Part shown: positions 1 through 9,616 of the stretch, one piece after another
How positions within the stretch are numbered: position 1 is the stretch's first letter
Layout of the letters: every line of letters begins with the position of its first letter
NCBI GenBank assembly: GCA_963801165.1
Contig: CAWDDT010000006.1
Span: 160,001-224,000, forward strand
DNA: 64,000 bases
DNA from: an uncultured bacterium
Lineage (GTDB): Bacteria; Actinomycetota; Acidimicrobiia; Spongiisociales; UBA5794
Reading direction: 5' to 3'
Program-made: the position numbers and the translations under genes
The notes under the pieces: model-generated
What the model was told of the DNA's origin: nothing
Seen by the model: the letters and a program-made list of their open reading frames with translations, nothing else
The model's database searches: none

Positions 1-2
1 AT

Positions 3-431
3 CGGGCCGAGGAAGATGCGATGCGGCTTCTCGTGCGCGTCGTGTCGTCGGTAGCGAAAGGGCGCGGGCAACGCTGTCTCATCCAGACCGCCCAGCCGGA
101 CCATCGTGTTCTGACCGCGCTCCGCCACGGGCATCCGCTCGAGGGTCTGCGCTCCCTCATCACAGAGCGCGAGCGTGACCACCTTCCGCCCGCAGCCGAG
201 CTGATGGCTATCGAGGTTGGGGGTGATGCCACCGGCCGCGCGGGTGAGCTGATGGTCCTGCGCGGCGACGGTGTCCAAATCCACGGTCCGGAATTGGGCG
301 GGGGGCGCACCCGGTGGTTCCTCCAGGGAGACTCGCTGCAGCGCTGCAGGGTGCAGCTGCGCACCATCGTTCAGCAGTGGCGGGACGCCGGGTTGAAGGT
401 TCGCGTCGATGCCGATCCGATCGACCTGTGA
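3..431 (+). CDS. priA: Primosomal protein N' C-terminal part (5'-truncated by window edge)
   Basis: IQTAQPDH...LPP and C-terminal VRVDADPIDL are typical of PriA; position upstream of def-fmt is conserved synteny. Confidence 0.8.
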   Translation, partial: RAEEDAMRLLVRVVSSVAKGRGQRCLIQTAQPDHRVLTALRHGHPLEGLRSLITERERDHLPPAAELMAIEVGGDATGRAGELMVLRGDGVQIHGPELGGGRTRWFLQGDSLQRCRVQLRTIVQQWRDAGLKVRVDADPIDL

Positions 432-495
432 TGCTGGATTAACATCTGCGACGATCGAGCCGCGAGGCTCGCGACTACGAACGAACGACGAGACG

Positions 496-999
496 ATGGC
501 CATCTACCCAATCAGAACCTTCGGAGACCCGGTACTGCGGATGGAGGCAGCGGATGTCACCGACGATCCCCCGGCGCTGGAGCGTCTGGTCGAGGACATG
601 CTCGATACGATGTACCAGGCACCGGGTGTCGGCCTTGCCGCACCGCAGATAGGCATCTCGAAGCGCATCTTCGTCGCAGATATCGGCGAAGGGCCGTTTG
701 TGATGGTGAACCCGGAGATCGTTGAAACCTCGGGGGCATGGACCAACGACGAAGGTTGTCTCTCGGTGCCTGGCTATTACTGGGCAATCAAACGACCGGG
801 CTATGCGAGGGCCCGGGGGTGGGACATCTACGGCAATCCCCTGGAGGTCGAGGGCGACGATCTGATGGGGAGAGTCCTACAACACGAGATCGATCACCTC
901 GGTGGCACGCTTCTGTTGGAACGGCTCTCTCGCCGCGACCGGCGCCAGGCTTTGCGTGACCTCAGGGAGAGATCACTCGGATCGGCAGATGTTCTGTGA
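496..999 (+). CDS. def: Peptide deformylase
   Basis: GVGLAAPQIG, EGCLS and HEIDH motifs; start placed at ATG 496 (MAIYPIRTFGDPVLR). Confidence 0.95.
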   Translation: MAIYPIRTFGDPVLRMEAADVTDDPPALERLVEDMLDTMYQAPGVGLAAPQIGISKRIFVADIGEGPFVMVNPEIVETSGAWTNDEGCLSVPGYYWAIKRPGYARARGWDIYGNPLEVEGDDLMGRVLQHEIDHLGGTLLLERLSRRDRRQALRDLRERSLGSADVL

Positions 1000-1916
1000 T
1001 CCGTGCCGCGTTTCTCGGTACCCCGGCGGCGGCGGTGCCGACGCTGGCCGCGTTGATGGAGGTTGCTGCGGTTGACTTCGTGGTTACCCAACCCGATCGA
1101 CCGAAAGGGCGGGGCCGCGCCCGGGAGGCATCTTCGGTCAAGGTTGCGGCCACGGAATGGGGGCTGCCGACATATCAGCCGCACACGGGCAGCGAGGTTT
1201 TCACACTGTTCGCATCGTCACGGGTCGATGTCGCCGTGGTGGTTGCTTACGGCCGCATTCTGGCACCGGAGGTTCTGGCGTCTGTGGAGCATGGCTTCGT
1301 CAACGTTCACTTCTCCCTGCTGCCCCGGTGGCGAGGCGCCGCTCCGGTCGAGCGAGCCATCCTGGCCGGCGACACGTACAGCGGGATCTCGCTCATGGTG
1401 CTCGACGCGGGGCTCGACACCGGCCCCGTGATCGGTGCGGTGGAGACAGAGATCGGCGAATACGAGACTGCAGGGGAGCTGACCGGCAGGTTGGCGGCGT
1501 TGGGTGCGGACGTGTTGCGCGATCACCTCGAGGACTACATACACGAGAAACTGCTGCCGGCCCGCCAGATGCAGACCGGCGCAGCGGTTGCCCCGCGTCT
1601 GACCACAGCGGAAGCCCGGCTCCACTGGACCCAGGGGCCGCGTGAGATCACCCGTGCGGTCCGTGCCTTCAACCCACGTCCTGGAGCGTGGATGGAGGGG
1701 GAGGGGACGCGGCTGAAGATCTTTGAGGTTGGCCCCACCTCCGCGTCCGTGCCGGCCGGGGAGATTCGCGTTATCGACGGAAGACCGATGCTCGGGGTCG
1801 ACGGCGGTGCGGTCGAGGTGATCGATATCCAGCAGGCCGGCAAGCCGCGTCTGAGCGGACGGGCATGGGCGAACGGGCGCAGAGGCGCCCGCATGCGGTT
1901 GGACGCCGGTGGGTGA
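996..1916 (+). CDS. fmt: Methionyl-tRNA formyltransferase
   Basis: FLGTP, VVTQPDRPKGRG, NVHFSLLPRWRGAAP motifs. Confidence 0.95.
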   Translation: MIRAAFLGTPAAAVPTLAALMEVAAVDFVVTQPDRPKGRGRAREASSVKVAATEWGLPTYQPHTGSEVFTLFASSRVDVAVVVAYGRILAPEVLASVEHGFVNVHFSLLPRWRGAAPVERAILAGDTYSGISLMVLDAGLDTGPVIGAVETEIGEYETAGELTGRLAALGADVLRDHLEDYIHEKLLPARQMQTGAAVAPRLTTAEARLHWTQGPREITRAVRAFNPRPGAWMEGEGTRLKIFEVGPTSASVPAGEIRVIDGRPMLGVDGGAVEVIDIQQAGKPRLSGRAWANGRRGARMRLDAGG

Positions 1917-3138
1917 CCCGGCGAACACCCGGGCGCAGGCAGCGAGGATCCTGCTGCGTGTCAAGGACCACGGCGCATACTCGAATGTGATCCTGCCGGC
2001 AGCGACCAGGGATCTCGCCAGACCAGATCGCGCGTTCGTGTATCGGCTGGTCACCGATGCACTGCGACAGATACGCACGGCCGACGCCGTTGTCGAAGTC
2101 GCGGCGGTCCGGAGCACCGGCGACCTTGATGCCGAGGTCCTCTGCGTCCTGGAGATCGCCGTGGCCGAGCTGCTCGCGGCGGAGCCCGACGCCGTGTACG
2201 CCACCGTGAACGAGTCGGTCGAGGCGGTCAAGCAGCTGGGCAACCCGCGGGCGGCCGGTCTGGTCAACGCGGTGCTGCGCAGTGTGGCCCGCGACGGTGT
2301 GCCGGCATTTCCTGCAGACAAGGCGCGTGAGCTGTCGGTGCCCGAGTGGGTACTGGGAACGCTGACCGCCGACCACGGTCGGCAAACGGCACGGCTACTC
2401 CTCGCAGGCTTGCGTGAGGGGTCACCACCGATTGGGATCAGGGTACGGCCGGGGTGCGATGCCCCGGTGGGCGCTGCTCCGGTACCGGATGTGGCGGGTG
2501 CTTACACGCTGCGGGAGCTACCCGAGTCGCTCGACGGCCTCGTTGTCTCCGACGCTGCCTCAACCGCCGTCGTTCGCGCTTTGCGACCAACCAACGGAGA
2601 GCGGATTCTCGACATGGCTGCCGCCCCGGGGGGCAAAACGAGCGCGCTCTGGGACGACGCCGGGAAGGGGACGACGTTGGTCGCAATGGATGCCCATACC
2701 CGGCGTCTTCGTAGCGCCCGGCTGCGGATGGCGGAAATGGGGGTGGGAGCCGCCTGGGTGTTGGGAAGCGGTATCGCTGCCCCGTTTGGTGACGAGAGCT
2801 TCGACGCAGTGCTGGTCGACGCCCCATGTACGGGGCTGGGGACCCTGCGCCGGAGGCCGGAGATAGCGATGCGGCTCGCCGTCAAGCGGATGGAGGCCCT
2901 GGCTGACCGTCAGCGCGAGATGCTCGCCGAAGCCTGGCGAATCACAAGACCTGGTGGCCGAATTGTCTACTCGGTGTGCACTCTCTTTGCTGCCGAAACC
3001 GTCGATGTGGTCGCTGCGTACCCTGCCGCCCCGCCTCCCGGTCTGCCCGGTGCGGTGTGGGGCGCCGGTTTGCTCATGGCGCCACATCTCACCGGCACCG
3101 ACGGGATGTTCGTCTCGCTCATTCAACGGACGGGATAA
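1909..3138 (+). CDS. rsmB: RsmB/Sun 16S rRNA m5C methyltransferase with N-terminal NusB-like domain
   Basis: DMAAAPGGKT, DAPCTG and YSVCT motifs; follows fmt. Confidence 0.9.
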   Translation: MGDPANTRAQAARILLRVKDHGAYSNVILPAATRDLARPDRAFVYRLVTDALRQIRTADAVVEVAAVRSTGDLDAEVLCVLEIAVAELLAAEPDAVYATVNESVEAVKQLGNPRAAGLVNAVLRSVARDGVPAFPADKARELSVPEWVLGTLTADHGRQTARLLLAGLREGSPPIGIRVRPGCDAPVGAAPVPDVAGAYTLRELPESLDGLVVSDAASTAVVRALRPTNGERILDMAAAPGGKTSALWDDAGKGTTLVAMDAHTRRLRSARLRMAEMGVGAAWVLGSGIAAPFGDESFDAVLVDAPCTGLGTLRRRPEIAMRLAVKRMEALADRQREMLAEAWRITRPGGRIVYSVCTLFAAETVDVVAAYPAAPPPGLPGAVWGAGLLMAPHLTGTDGMFVSLIQRTG

Positions 3139-3931
3139 CCACGTCGTCGAGATCGTCATCGGCTACCGGCCAACTCATGTCCAGCCCTTCGAGGGCAGCC
3201 ACGATGGTCTCGGCGACCACGATGTTGCGATACCACTTTCGGTCTGCCGGTACCACGTACCACGGAGCGCGCTCTGTGCTGGTTCTGTGGAGGACATCCT
3301 GGTACGCAGCCACATAGCGTGGCCACAGCTTGCGCTGATCCAGATCCGCCTTGTTGAACTTCCAGTTCTTCGTGGGATCGTCGAGGCGGGCCTGGAGCCG
3401 CTCGGCTTGCTCATCCGGTGAGATGTGAAGGAAGAACTTCAAGATCGTCGTGCCCTCATCGGTCAGGAGCTTCTCGAAGTTGTTGATGTGGTCGTAGCGG
3501 CGCTGCCAGCGCTGCTCCGGTACCAGGCCTAGTACACGGACGATGAGCACGTCCTCGTAGTGGCTTCGATTGAAGATGGTCAGGGACCCGGAGGCCGGGG
3601 CGTGTTGATGAACCCGCCACAAATAGTCGTGGCTCAGCTCTTCGGGAGACGGCGTCTTGAAGCTCTGTACGTTGATTCCCTGGGGATTGACGCCGGTGAA
3701 CACCTTGCGGATGGTCCCGTCCTTGCCACCCGTGTCCATGGCCTGAAGCACGATGAGTATCTTGTGACGGTCCTCCGCCCACAGCAGCCGCTGCAACCCG
3801 GCCAGACGCGTGCGCAACTCCGCCAGGTACTTCTGCCCCGCTTGCTTGTTGCCATCGAAGCCCGAGCGATCTGCCGGGTCCCAGGAGGTGAGATCGACCA
3901 CACGACCCGGTGTGACTCGGTATCTATCCAC
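3119..3931 (-). CDS. Polyphosphate kinase 2 family (class III-like polyphosphate:nucleotide phosphotransferase)
   Basis: QAMDTGGKDG Walker A, FNRSHYEDV, WYVVPADRKWYRN; GGAGG RBS before GTG 3931. Confidence 0.9.
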   Translation of the reverse strand: MDRYRVTPGRVVDLTSWDPADRSGFDGNKQAGQKYLAELRTRLAGLQRLLWAEDRHKILIVLQAMDTGGKDGTIRKVFTGVNPQGINVQSFKTPSPEELSHDYLWRVHQHAPASGSLTIFNRSHYEDVLIVRVLGLVPEQRWQRRYDHINNFEKLLTDEGTTILKFFLHISPDEQAERLQARLDDPTKNWKFNKADLDQRKLWPRYVAAYQDVLHRTSTERAPWYVVPADRKWYRNIVVAETIVAALEGLDMSWPVADDDLDDVVIPSVE

Positions 3932-4037
3932 GTGTCCTCCGATTGCGTACCCGTCGGACGTTACCGCAACGGTCGGCACGGCCGAAAGCCGAAACAGTGC
4001 CGCCGGTTGCGCCGCCGACGGGTTTATCCTGCCATCC

Positions 4038-4700
4038 GTGCACACTCTGATCGCTCCTTCGATCCTGGCCGCTGACTTTGCCCGGCTCGGCGATGAGGTA
4101 AATACGGTCGCGCCATACGTCGACCTCCTACACGTCGACGTTATGGACGGTCACTTCGTTCCAAACATCTCGTTGGGGATTCCGGTGATCCATTCGCTGC
4201 GGCGTGTCACGGCTCTCAAATTCGACTGCCACCTGATGATGCACAACGCGGATCGGTATTTCCCCGAGATCAAGGCAGCGGGAGCGGACCTGGTCTCCGT
4301 CCATCTCGAGGTGTACCCGGATCCACGGTCCACAGCCACGGCGGCACGGTCCGAAGGCCTAGAGTTCAGTGTCGCCATCAACCCGCCCACGGAGTTCTCC
4401 GCGCTGGAGCCCTTTCTCGAGATTTGCGACATGATCGTCATCATGTCGGTGCACCCGGGCTTCGGTGGTCAGTCCTTCATCGAGGATTCTCTCCGCAAAA
4501 TGGAGATCGCGAGGAAGTCTATTGAGTCGAAGGGGTTGGCAACCGATATAGAGGTCGACGGAGGCATCGGGGCCGCCAACATCAGGCGTGCTCGCGATGC
4601 GGGAGCGAACGTCTTTGTGGCGGGAAGCTCGGTGTTTGGCAAAGAAGATTCCGTGAAGGCGGTGCAGCGGTTGCGCAGCGAGATCGAGAGTAGCGAATGA
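4038..4700 (+). CDS. rpe: Ribulose-phosphate 3-epimerase
   Basis: IAPSILAADF, HVDVMDGHFVPN, MSVHPGFGGQ, EVDGG motifs; start GTG 4038. Confidence 0.95.
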   Translation: MHTLIAPSILAADFARLGDEVNTVAPYVDLLHVDVMDGHFVPNISLGIPVIHSLRRVTALKFDCHLMMHNADRYFPEIKAAGADLVSVHLEVYPDPRSTATAARSEGLEFSVAINPPTEFSALEPFLEICDMIVIMSVHPGFGGQSFIEDSLRKMEIARKSIESKGLATDIEVDGGIGAANIRRARDAGANVFVAGSSVFGKEDSVKAVQRLRSEIESSE

Positions 4701-5623
4701 AGGACCGAATCCTGGTCGTGGACGACGATCCGGACATTCTCCAGTTCGTCGAGATGAACCTCGACATGGAGGGGTTCGAGACCCACACCGCCGAAGGTGG
4801 ACGGGTTGCCCTCGAGATCGCAAGGGAGCGGCCGCCCGATCTCATCCTGCTCGACGTCATGATGCCGGAGCTCGACGGGCTCACCGTGTTGCGCCGACTC
4901 CGGTCCAGCCCGGCGACGGCGAGCATCCCGGTTGTGTTGCTGACCGCCAAGGCGTTGGCCGAGGACCGGGTGCGCGGGCTCGACCTGGGCGCAGATGACT
5001 ACATCACCAAGCCGTTCGACATCGAAGAGCTGCTGGCCAGGGTCAAAGCTGTGCTGCGTCGGGCTCAGCAGATGCGCGATCTTTCGCCATTGACCGGTCT
5101 GCCCGGCAACTTCCGTATTTCCCGCGAGCTCGAGTCACGCGTATCGGGTGGGACTGAGTTCGCCATCGTCCACGCCGACCTCGACAACTTCAAGTCGTTC
5201 AATGATCACTACGGATTCATGCGAGGCGACTCGGTCATCAAGTACACGGCCAGGGTCCTGCTGGATGCCGCAGAGGCGAGTGGCGATCCCGAGGTGTTTG
5301 TCGGTCACGTCGGTGGTGACGACTTCGTCGCGGTCATCGACCCTACGTTTGTCGAAGAGTTCTGCAAGGTCGTGGTGACAACGTTCGATCACGGAATTCT
5401 CGACTTCTACGACACGGCCGATGCCCTTCAGGGATACATCGAGGTATCCGACCGCAAGGGGGAGCGGCACGCTTTCCCGATCTCCTCGATCTCGATGGGC
5501 GTCGCCACAAACACCAAACGCCCGGTGAAGTCAGAATGGGAAGCCTCGGCGATTGCTTCGGAGATGAAGGAATACGCCAAACGGCAGCCGGGCTCGTCCT
5601 ACCAGATCGACCGCCGCGCCTGA
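4697..5623 (+). CDS. Response regulator, REC domain plus GGDEF-like domain (GGDDF variant)
   Basis: VVDDD...LLDVMMP...KPF receiver; PLTGLPGN, DLDNFKSFNDHYG, GHVGGDDF. Confidence 0.85.
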   Translation: MKDRILVVDDDPDILQFVEMNLDMEGFETHTAEGGRVALEIARERPPDLILLDVMMPELDGLTVLRRLRSSPATASIPVVLLTAKALAEDRVRGLDLGADDYITKPFDIEELLARVKAVLRRAQQMRDLSPLTGLPGNFRISRELESRVSGGTEFAIVHADLDNFKSFNDHYGFMRGDSVIKYTARVLLDAAEASGDPEVFVGHVGGDDFVAVIDPTFVEEFCKVVVTTFDHGILDFYDTADALQGYIEVSDRKGERHAFPISSISMGVATNTKRPVKSEWEASAIASEMKEYAKRQPGSSYQIDRRA

Positions 5624-5828
5624 GTTTCGATCGGTGGATTAGGCAGGAGCGATCGCTCGATCACGCCTTGGAATCCGACGCGTAGCTGCGTCGTCGACTC
5701 CACTCAAACTGTCGATGCGGCCATCGCGCGGTCTGTAACGGGGGATCGAACCTGACCGGGCGCCGGCCATTTCCATCGATGGGAATCGGAAGCTCCCACC
5801 CCGCGTTAAACTCCGTATACAAGAAATA

Positions 5829-5948
5829 GCCCCCTTCAGGGCAGGGTGAAATTCCCGACCGGCGGTGAAAGCCCGCGACCCCCAATTTGGGGTGGACCCG
5901 GTGGAACTCCGGAGCCGACGGTGAGAGTCCGGATGGGAGAAGGAGGGC
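5829..5948 (+). ncRNA. FMN riboswitch (RFN element)
   Basis: AGGGCAGGGTGAAATTCCCGACCGGCGGT...AGCCCGCGA...GGACCCGGTGGAACTCCGGAGCCGACGGTGAGAGTCCGGATGGGAGAAG consensus, directly upstream of the rib operon. Confidence 0.95.
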
Positions 5949-5950
5949 GT

Positions 5951-7072
5951 GTGTCGAGACGCGCATTGTCCGACAACCGAGCCCGGGCCGCAGGTCCGGG
6001 AGATGCTGCGACCGTCGCGGACGGTGCGCCTGACGCGCTATTCATGCAACGCGCCGTCGATCTTGCCCGACCCGAGCAGCCACACCCCAACCCGCGCGTT
6101 GGTGCCGTGATCGTAGACAGCACCGGTCAACTCATCGCCGAAGGAGCTCACGTCCGCGCCGGGGAGCCCCACGCCGAAGCGATTGCCCTGGCCCGGGCAG
6201 GGGTGCGCGCCGCCGGGTCCACCGTGTACGTGACCCTGGAGCCGTGCTCGCACTACGGCCGCACCCCACCGTGTACTTCCGCTCTCGTTGCCGCCGGGGT
6301 ACGGCGGGTTGTTGTCGGTTCCGTTGACCCCGACCGACGGGTGCGGGGGAGCGGAGTTGACGAGCTGCGGTCCGCCGGGATCGATGTGGCGACTGGGGTG
6401 CTTGCCGATGAGGTCGAGGCGATGGATCCCGGCTATTTCCATCACAGGAGAACCGGCCGTCCCCTGGTCACGCTGAAGCTGGCCATCACTCTCGACGGCC
6501 AACTGGCCGCCGCCGACGGGACGTCGCAGTGGATCACCGGCGAAGCAGCCAGGCACGACGCACATCGGTTACGCGCTGATTCGGATGTCATCATCGTCGG
6601 AGCGGGAACGGTACACGCCGACAATCCCCGGCTCGATGTCAGGCTCGACGGCTACCGCGGGCGCCACCCCCGCCCGGTGGTCGTCGCCGGGACTCGACCC
6701 CTTCCCACCGGCGCGACCGTGCTGACGCACGATCCGCTCGTGTACTCACCGCGGCCGGTGGCAATCGCGGTCGAGCACGTCGTGCAAGACCGCGATGGCA
6801 AAGTGGATATCGGCGCCATGATCGAGGATCTGGGTAACCGGGGCTACGTAACCGCGCTGGTCGAGGGTGGGGCGCAGCTGGCCGATGCCATGGTTCGCGG
6901 CGGCCACGTCGACCGCATCGTCTTCTATATAGCTGCCAAGCTCGGTCTAGGTGTCGGGCTGCCGGCATTCCCCGGGGTCTTCGCCACAGTCACCGACGCA
7001 CTCCCGCTGGTCGTCGATTCCGTGCGACAGGTAGGCGACGACCTGCGTATCGAGACAAAGGTAGGCCGCTGA
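5951..7072 (+). CDS. ribD: Bifunctional riboflavin deaminase/reductase
   Basis: PNPRVGAV, HAE, TLEPCSHYGRTPPC, VEGG; start uncertain (GTG 5951 or ATG 6044). Confidence 0.92.
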   Translation: MSRRALSDNRARAAGPGDAATVADGAPDALFMQRAVDLARPEQPHPNPRVGAVIVDSTGQLIAEGAHVRAGEPHAEAIALARAGVRAAGSTVYVTLEPCSHYGRTPPCTSALVAAGVRRVVVGSVDPDRRVRGSGVDELRSAGIDVATGVLADEVEAMDPGYFHHRRTGRPLVTLKLAITLDGQLAAADGTSQWITGEAARHDAHRLRADSDVIIVGAGTVHADNPRLDVRLDGYRGRHPRPVVVAGTRPLPTGATVLTHDPLVYSPRPVAIAVEHVVQDRDGKVDIGAMIEDLGNRGYVTALVEGGAQLADAMVRGGHVDRIVFYIAAKLGLGVGLPAFPGVFATVTDALPLVVDSVRQVGDDLRIETKVGR

Positions 7073-7662
7073 TGTTCACAGGCATTGTGGAGGCTATGGG
7101 CGAGGTCCAAGCAGTCGAGGAGACCGAAACGGGGCGTCGTCTCGAAATCGTCGAGCCGCACGTGTTGGCCGACATCGCCATCGGCGACTCGGTCGCAGTC
7201 AACGGTGTCTGTCTCACAGCCGTCCGGGCGGGCGCAGGGTCGATGACGGTTGAGGTCGTCCAGGAGTCTCTGGATCGCACCAGTCTCGGCAGCGTCGCTC
7301 CCGGGACCCGGGTCAACATCGAACGACCCATGCCGGCATCCGGTCGGTTCGATGGTCACATTGTCCAGGGCCACGTCGACGGGGTCGGAGAAGTGGTGGT
7401 GATCGAGCCCGAGGGGGAGGCGCGCCGGGTGCGCGTTGCGGTGCCCGATGAGTTGGCCAGGTACATAGTCGAGAAAGGCTCGATAACCGTAGATGGGGTC
7501 AGCCTGACCGTGACAGCCGTCGGGCCGGACGCATGGTTCGAGATCGTTCTCATCCCCCACACTCTCGAGGTGACGGTGCTGGGGGGTCGACGGCTCGGGG
7601 ATCTAGTGAACCTCGAAGTCGACGTTCTTGCGAAATACGTGGAAAGGCTGATGGTTAAGTGA
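7072..7662 (+). CDS. ribE: Riboflavin synthase (alpha chain)
   Basis: MFTGIVE N-terminus, [21 protein letters not shown]. Confidence 0.95.
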   Translation: MFTGIVEAMGEVQAVEETETGRRLEIVEPHVLADIAIGDSVAVNGVCLTAVRAGAGSMTVEVVQESLDRTSLGSVAPGTRVNIERPMPASGRFDGHIVQGHVDGVGEVVVIEPEGEARRVRVAVPDELARYIVEKGSITVDGVSLTVTAVGPDAWFEIVLIPHTLEVTVLGGRRLGDLVNLEVDVLAKYVERLMVK

Positions 7663-8873
7663 ATACGGCAAGCGTTGCTGAGGCTTTGGAGGCGATGGCC
7701 GCGGGTGATTTCGTCCTCGTGGTCGATGACGAGGATCGGGAGAACGAGGGAGACCTGATCATCGCTGCGGAGAAAGTCACCCCGGAGAAGGTTGCGTTCA
7801 TGGTCCGCCACACCAGCGGACTGATCTGTCTGCCGACCATCGGGGAGCGGCTCGACGAGCTCGGGCTGCCGCTGATGGTTCTCGAGAACACCGACTCCCA
7901 CAAGACGGCATTCACGGTCTCGGTCGATGCGGTCGGCCGCACCACAACCGGAATCTCAGCCGCGGACCGGGCTGCCACCATCGGAGCAGTCGTCGATCCT
8001 GCTACCGGTCCCCGTGATCTGGCAAGGCCGGGTCACATATTCCCGCTCCGCTATCGCGAAGGCGGGGTCCTCATCCGGCCCGGCCACACCGAGGCGGCGG
8101 TCGATCTGGCCAGGCTTGCGGGCCTGTTCCCGGCAGGTGTGTTGTGCGAGGTGGTCAGGGACGACGGCGCGATGGCGCGGGGTGGGGACCTGGTCCGCTT
8201 CTCCGAAGAACACGATATCCCTTTGATCACGATCGAAGACCTCATCAAGTACCGCTGGCGCAACGAGGCGCTCGTCACCCGTCAGGTCGAGACGACACTT
8301 CCCACGGCTCACGGCACCTTCCGGGCGTACGGCTACCAGTCCGAAGTCGACGGCTCCGAGTTGGTGGCTCTCGTCCTGGGCGAAGTCGCCGGTGCCGAGT
8401 CGGTCCTGACACGGGTGCACTCGCGTTGCCTCACCGGGGATGTCTTTGGAAGCAGACGTTGCGACTGTGGGCCACAACTCGACGCCGCCATGGCCCGCAT
8501 CGCCAGGGAGGGCGCTGGAGTCATCACCTACAACGAGTCCCATGAGGGCCGTGGCATCGGGCTGCTGGCCAAGCTGCGCGCATACCGGTTGCAGGACGAA
8601 GGGCGGGATACCGTCGACGCCAACCTCGAGCTCGGGCTGCCGGTAGACGCGCGCCACTTCGCCGTGGAGGCGCAGATCCTCAACGATCTCAAGGTCTCGA
8701 GTGTGCGCTTGCTGACCAACAACCCGCTCAAGATCGATTCGTTGCGCGAATTCGGGGTCGAGGTTGTCGACCGTGAGCCGCTGGTGGCCGGCGTCAATGG
8801 AGACAACAAGGAGTACATGACGGCGAAGGTCGACCGGCTGGGCCACCTGGTCGGGCACCAGGAGCTCGAGTGA
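7659..8873 (+). CDS. ribBA: Bifunctional DHBP synthase / GTP cyclohydrolase II
   Basis: [27 protein letters not shown]; C-terminal [26 protein letters not shown]. Confidence 0.95.
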   Translation: MNTASVAEALEAMAAGDFVLVVDDEDRENEGDLIIAAEKVTPEKVAFMVRHTSGLICLPTIGERLDELGLPLMVLENTDSHKTAFTVSVDAVGRTTTGISAADRAATIGAVVDPATGPRDLARPGHIFPLRYREGGVLIRPGHTEAAVDLARLAGLFPAGVLCEVVRDDGAMARGGDLVRFSEEHDIPLITIEDLIKYRWRNEALVTRQVETTLPTAHGTFRAYGYQSEVDGSELVALVLGEVAGAESVLTRVHSRCLTGDVFGSRRCDCGPQLDAAMARIAREGAGVITYNESHEGRGIGLLAKLRAYRLQDEGRDTVDANLELGLPVDARHFAVEAQILNDLKVSSVRLLTNNPLKIDSLREFGVEVVDREPLVAGVNGDNKEYMTAKVDRLGHLVGHQELE

Positions 8874-9343
8874 TGAGCGAGGGAATGCCGTTGCGCATCC
8901 ACGACGGGCATGGGATCCGCGTTGCCGTAGCCAGAGCGCGCTACAACGACCACATCACATCAGGTCTCCTTGCGGGTGCCGAGGAGTATCTCCAGGCAGC
9001 GGGTGCGGAATACGACGTGTACGAGGTGCCGGGCGCATTCGAGCTGCCGCTGCTCTGCGCCGAGCTCGCCGATGGGGAATACGACGCGGTCATCGCCCTG
9101 GGGGCGGTGATCAACGGCGAGACAGACCACTACGAACACGTGGCCGGGCGCGCATCAGAGGGTTTGATGCGAGTGGCGTTGCAGAGCCGCAAGCCCGTTA
9201 TGTTTGGTGTGCTGACCGTCCAAGCGGAGGCGCACGCGATCGCACGGAGCCAACCTGGCCCTGGCAACAAGGGCGCCGAAGCGGCAGCGGCGGCCATTGA
9301 GACAGTGCTTGTGATACGAAACATCCCGGTCCGTCAGCTCTAG
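8870..9343 (+). CDS. ribH: 6,7-dimethyl-8-ribityllumazine synthase
   Basis: [37 protein letters not shown]. Confidence 0.93.
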   Translation: MMSEGMPLRIHDGHGIRVAVARARYNDHITSGLLAGAEEYLQAAGAEYDVYEVPGAFELPLLCAELADGEYDAVIALGAVINGETDHYEHVAGRASEGLMRVALQSRKPVMFGVLTVQAEAHAIARSQPGPGNKGAEAAAAAIETVLVIRNIPVRQL

Positions 9344-9368
9344 ACGACGTCGGGTAGGCCCGGCCGTA

Positions 9369-9396
9369 TTGACTGCGCCGGTCGCCCACGTATAAT
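9369..9396 (+). promoter_or_regulatory. Sigma70-type promoter of infC-rpmI-rplT
   Basis: TTGACT (9369-9374), 16-bp spacer, TATAAT (9391-9396). Confidence 0.75.
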
Positions 9397-9454
9397 CCTG
9401 CCCAGCCGGGCCCCGAGGTCGGCTGTCCCTGCTCGTCGAGGGACGACAACCGAC

Positions 9455-9546
9455 GCAAGCGGAGGCGCCTGCTTCCCACCCGGCCACGATTTGACGTGAG
9501 CCTGAGGTAGACCCGAGGCAGCACCGTTTGTGCTGCCTTTGTTTGT
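9455..9546 (+). promoter_or_regulatory. L20-leader-like attenuator with intrinsic terminator
   Basis: AAGCGGAGGCGCCTGCTTCCCACC resembles the Firmicutes L20 leader; hairpin GAGGCAGCAC-cgttt-GTGCTGCCTT plus T-rich tail at 9515-9545; CTGCTTC can alternatively pair with GAGGCAG. Confidence 0.6.
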
Positions 9547-9616
9547 GTCGGCACTAGCAACGATCAACAACCAGAACGACAAACAACCAGAACGATGAAC
9601 AACAGGAGGTTTCCCC

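Noticed and set aside
5846-5950. N-terminal extension of RibD given in the ORF track
   Set aside because: It is the FMN aptamer sequence itself.
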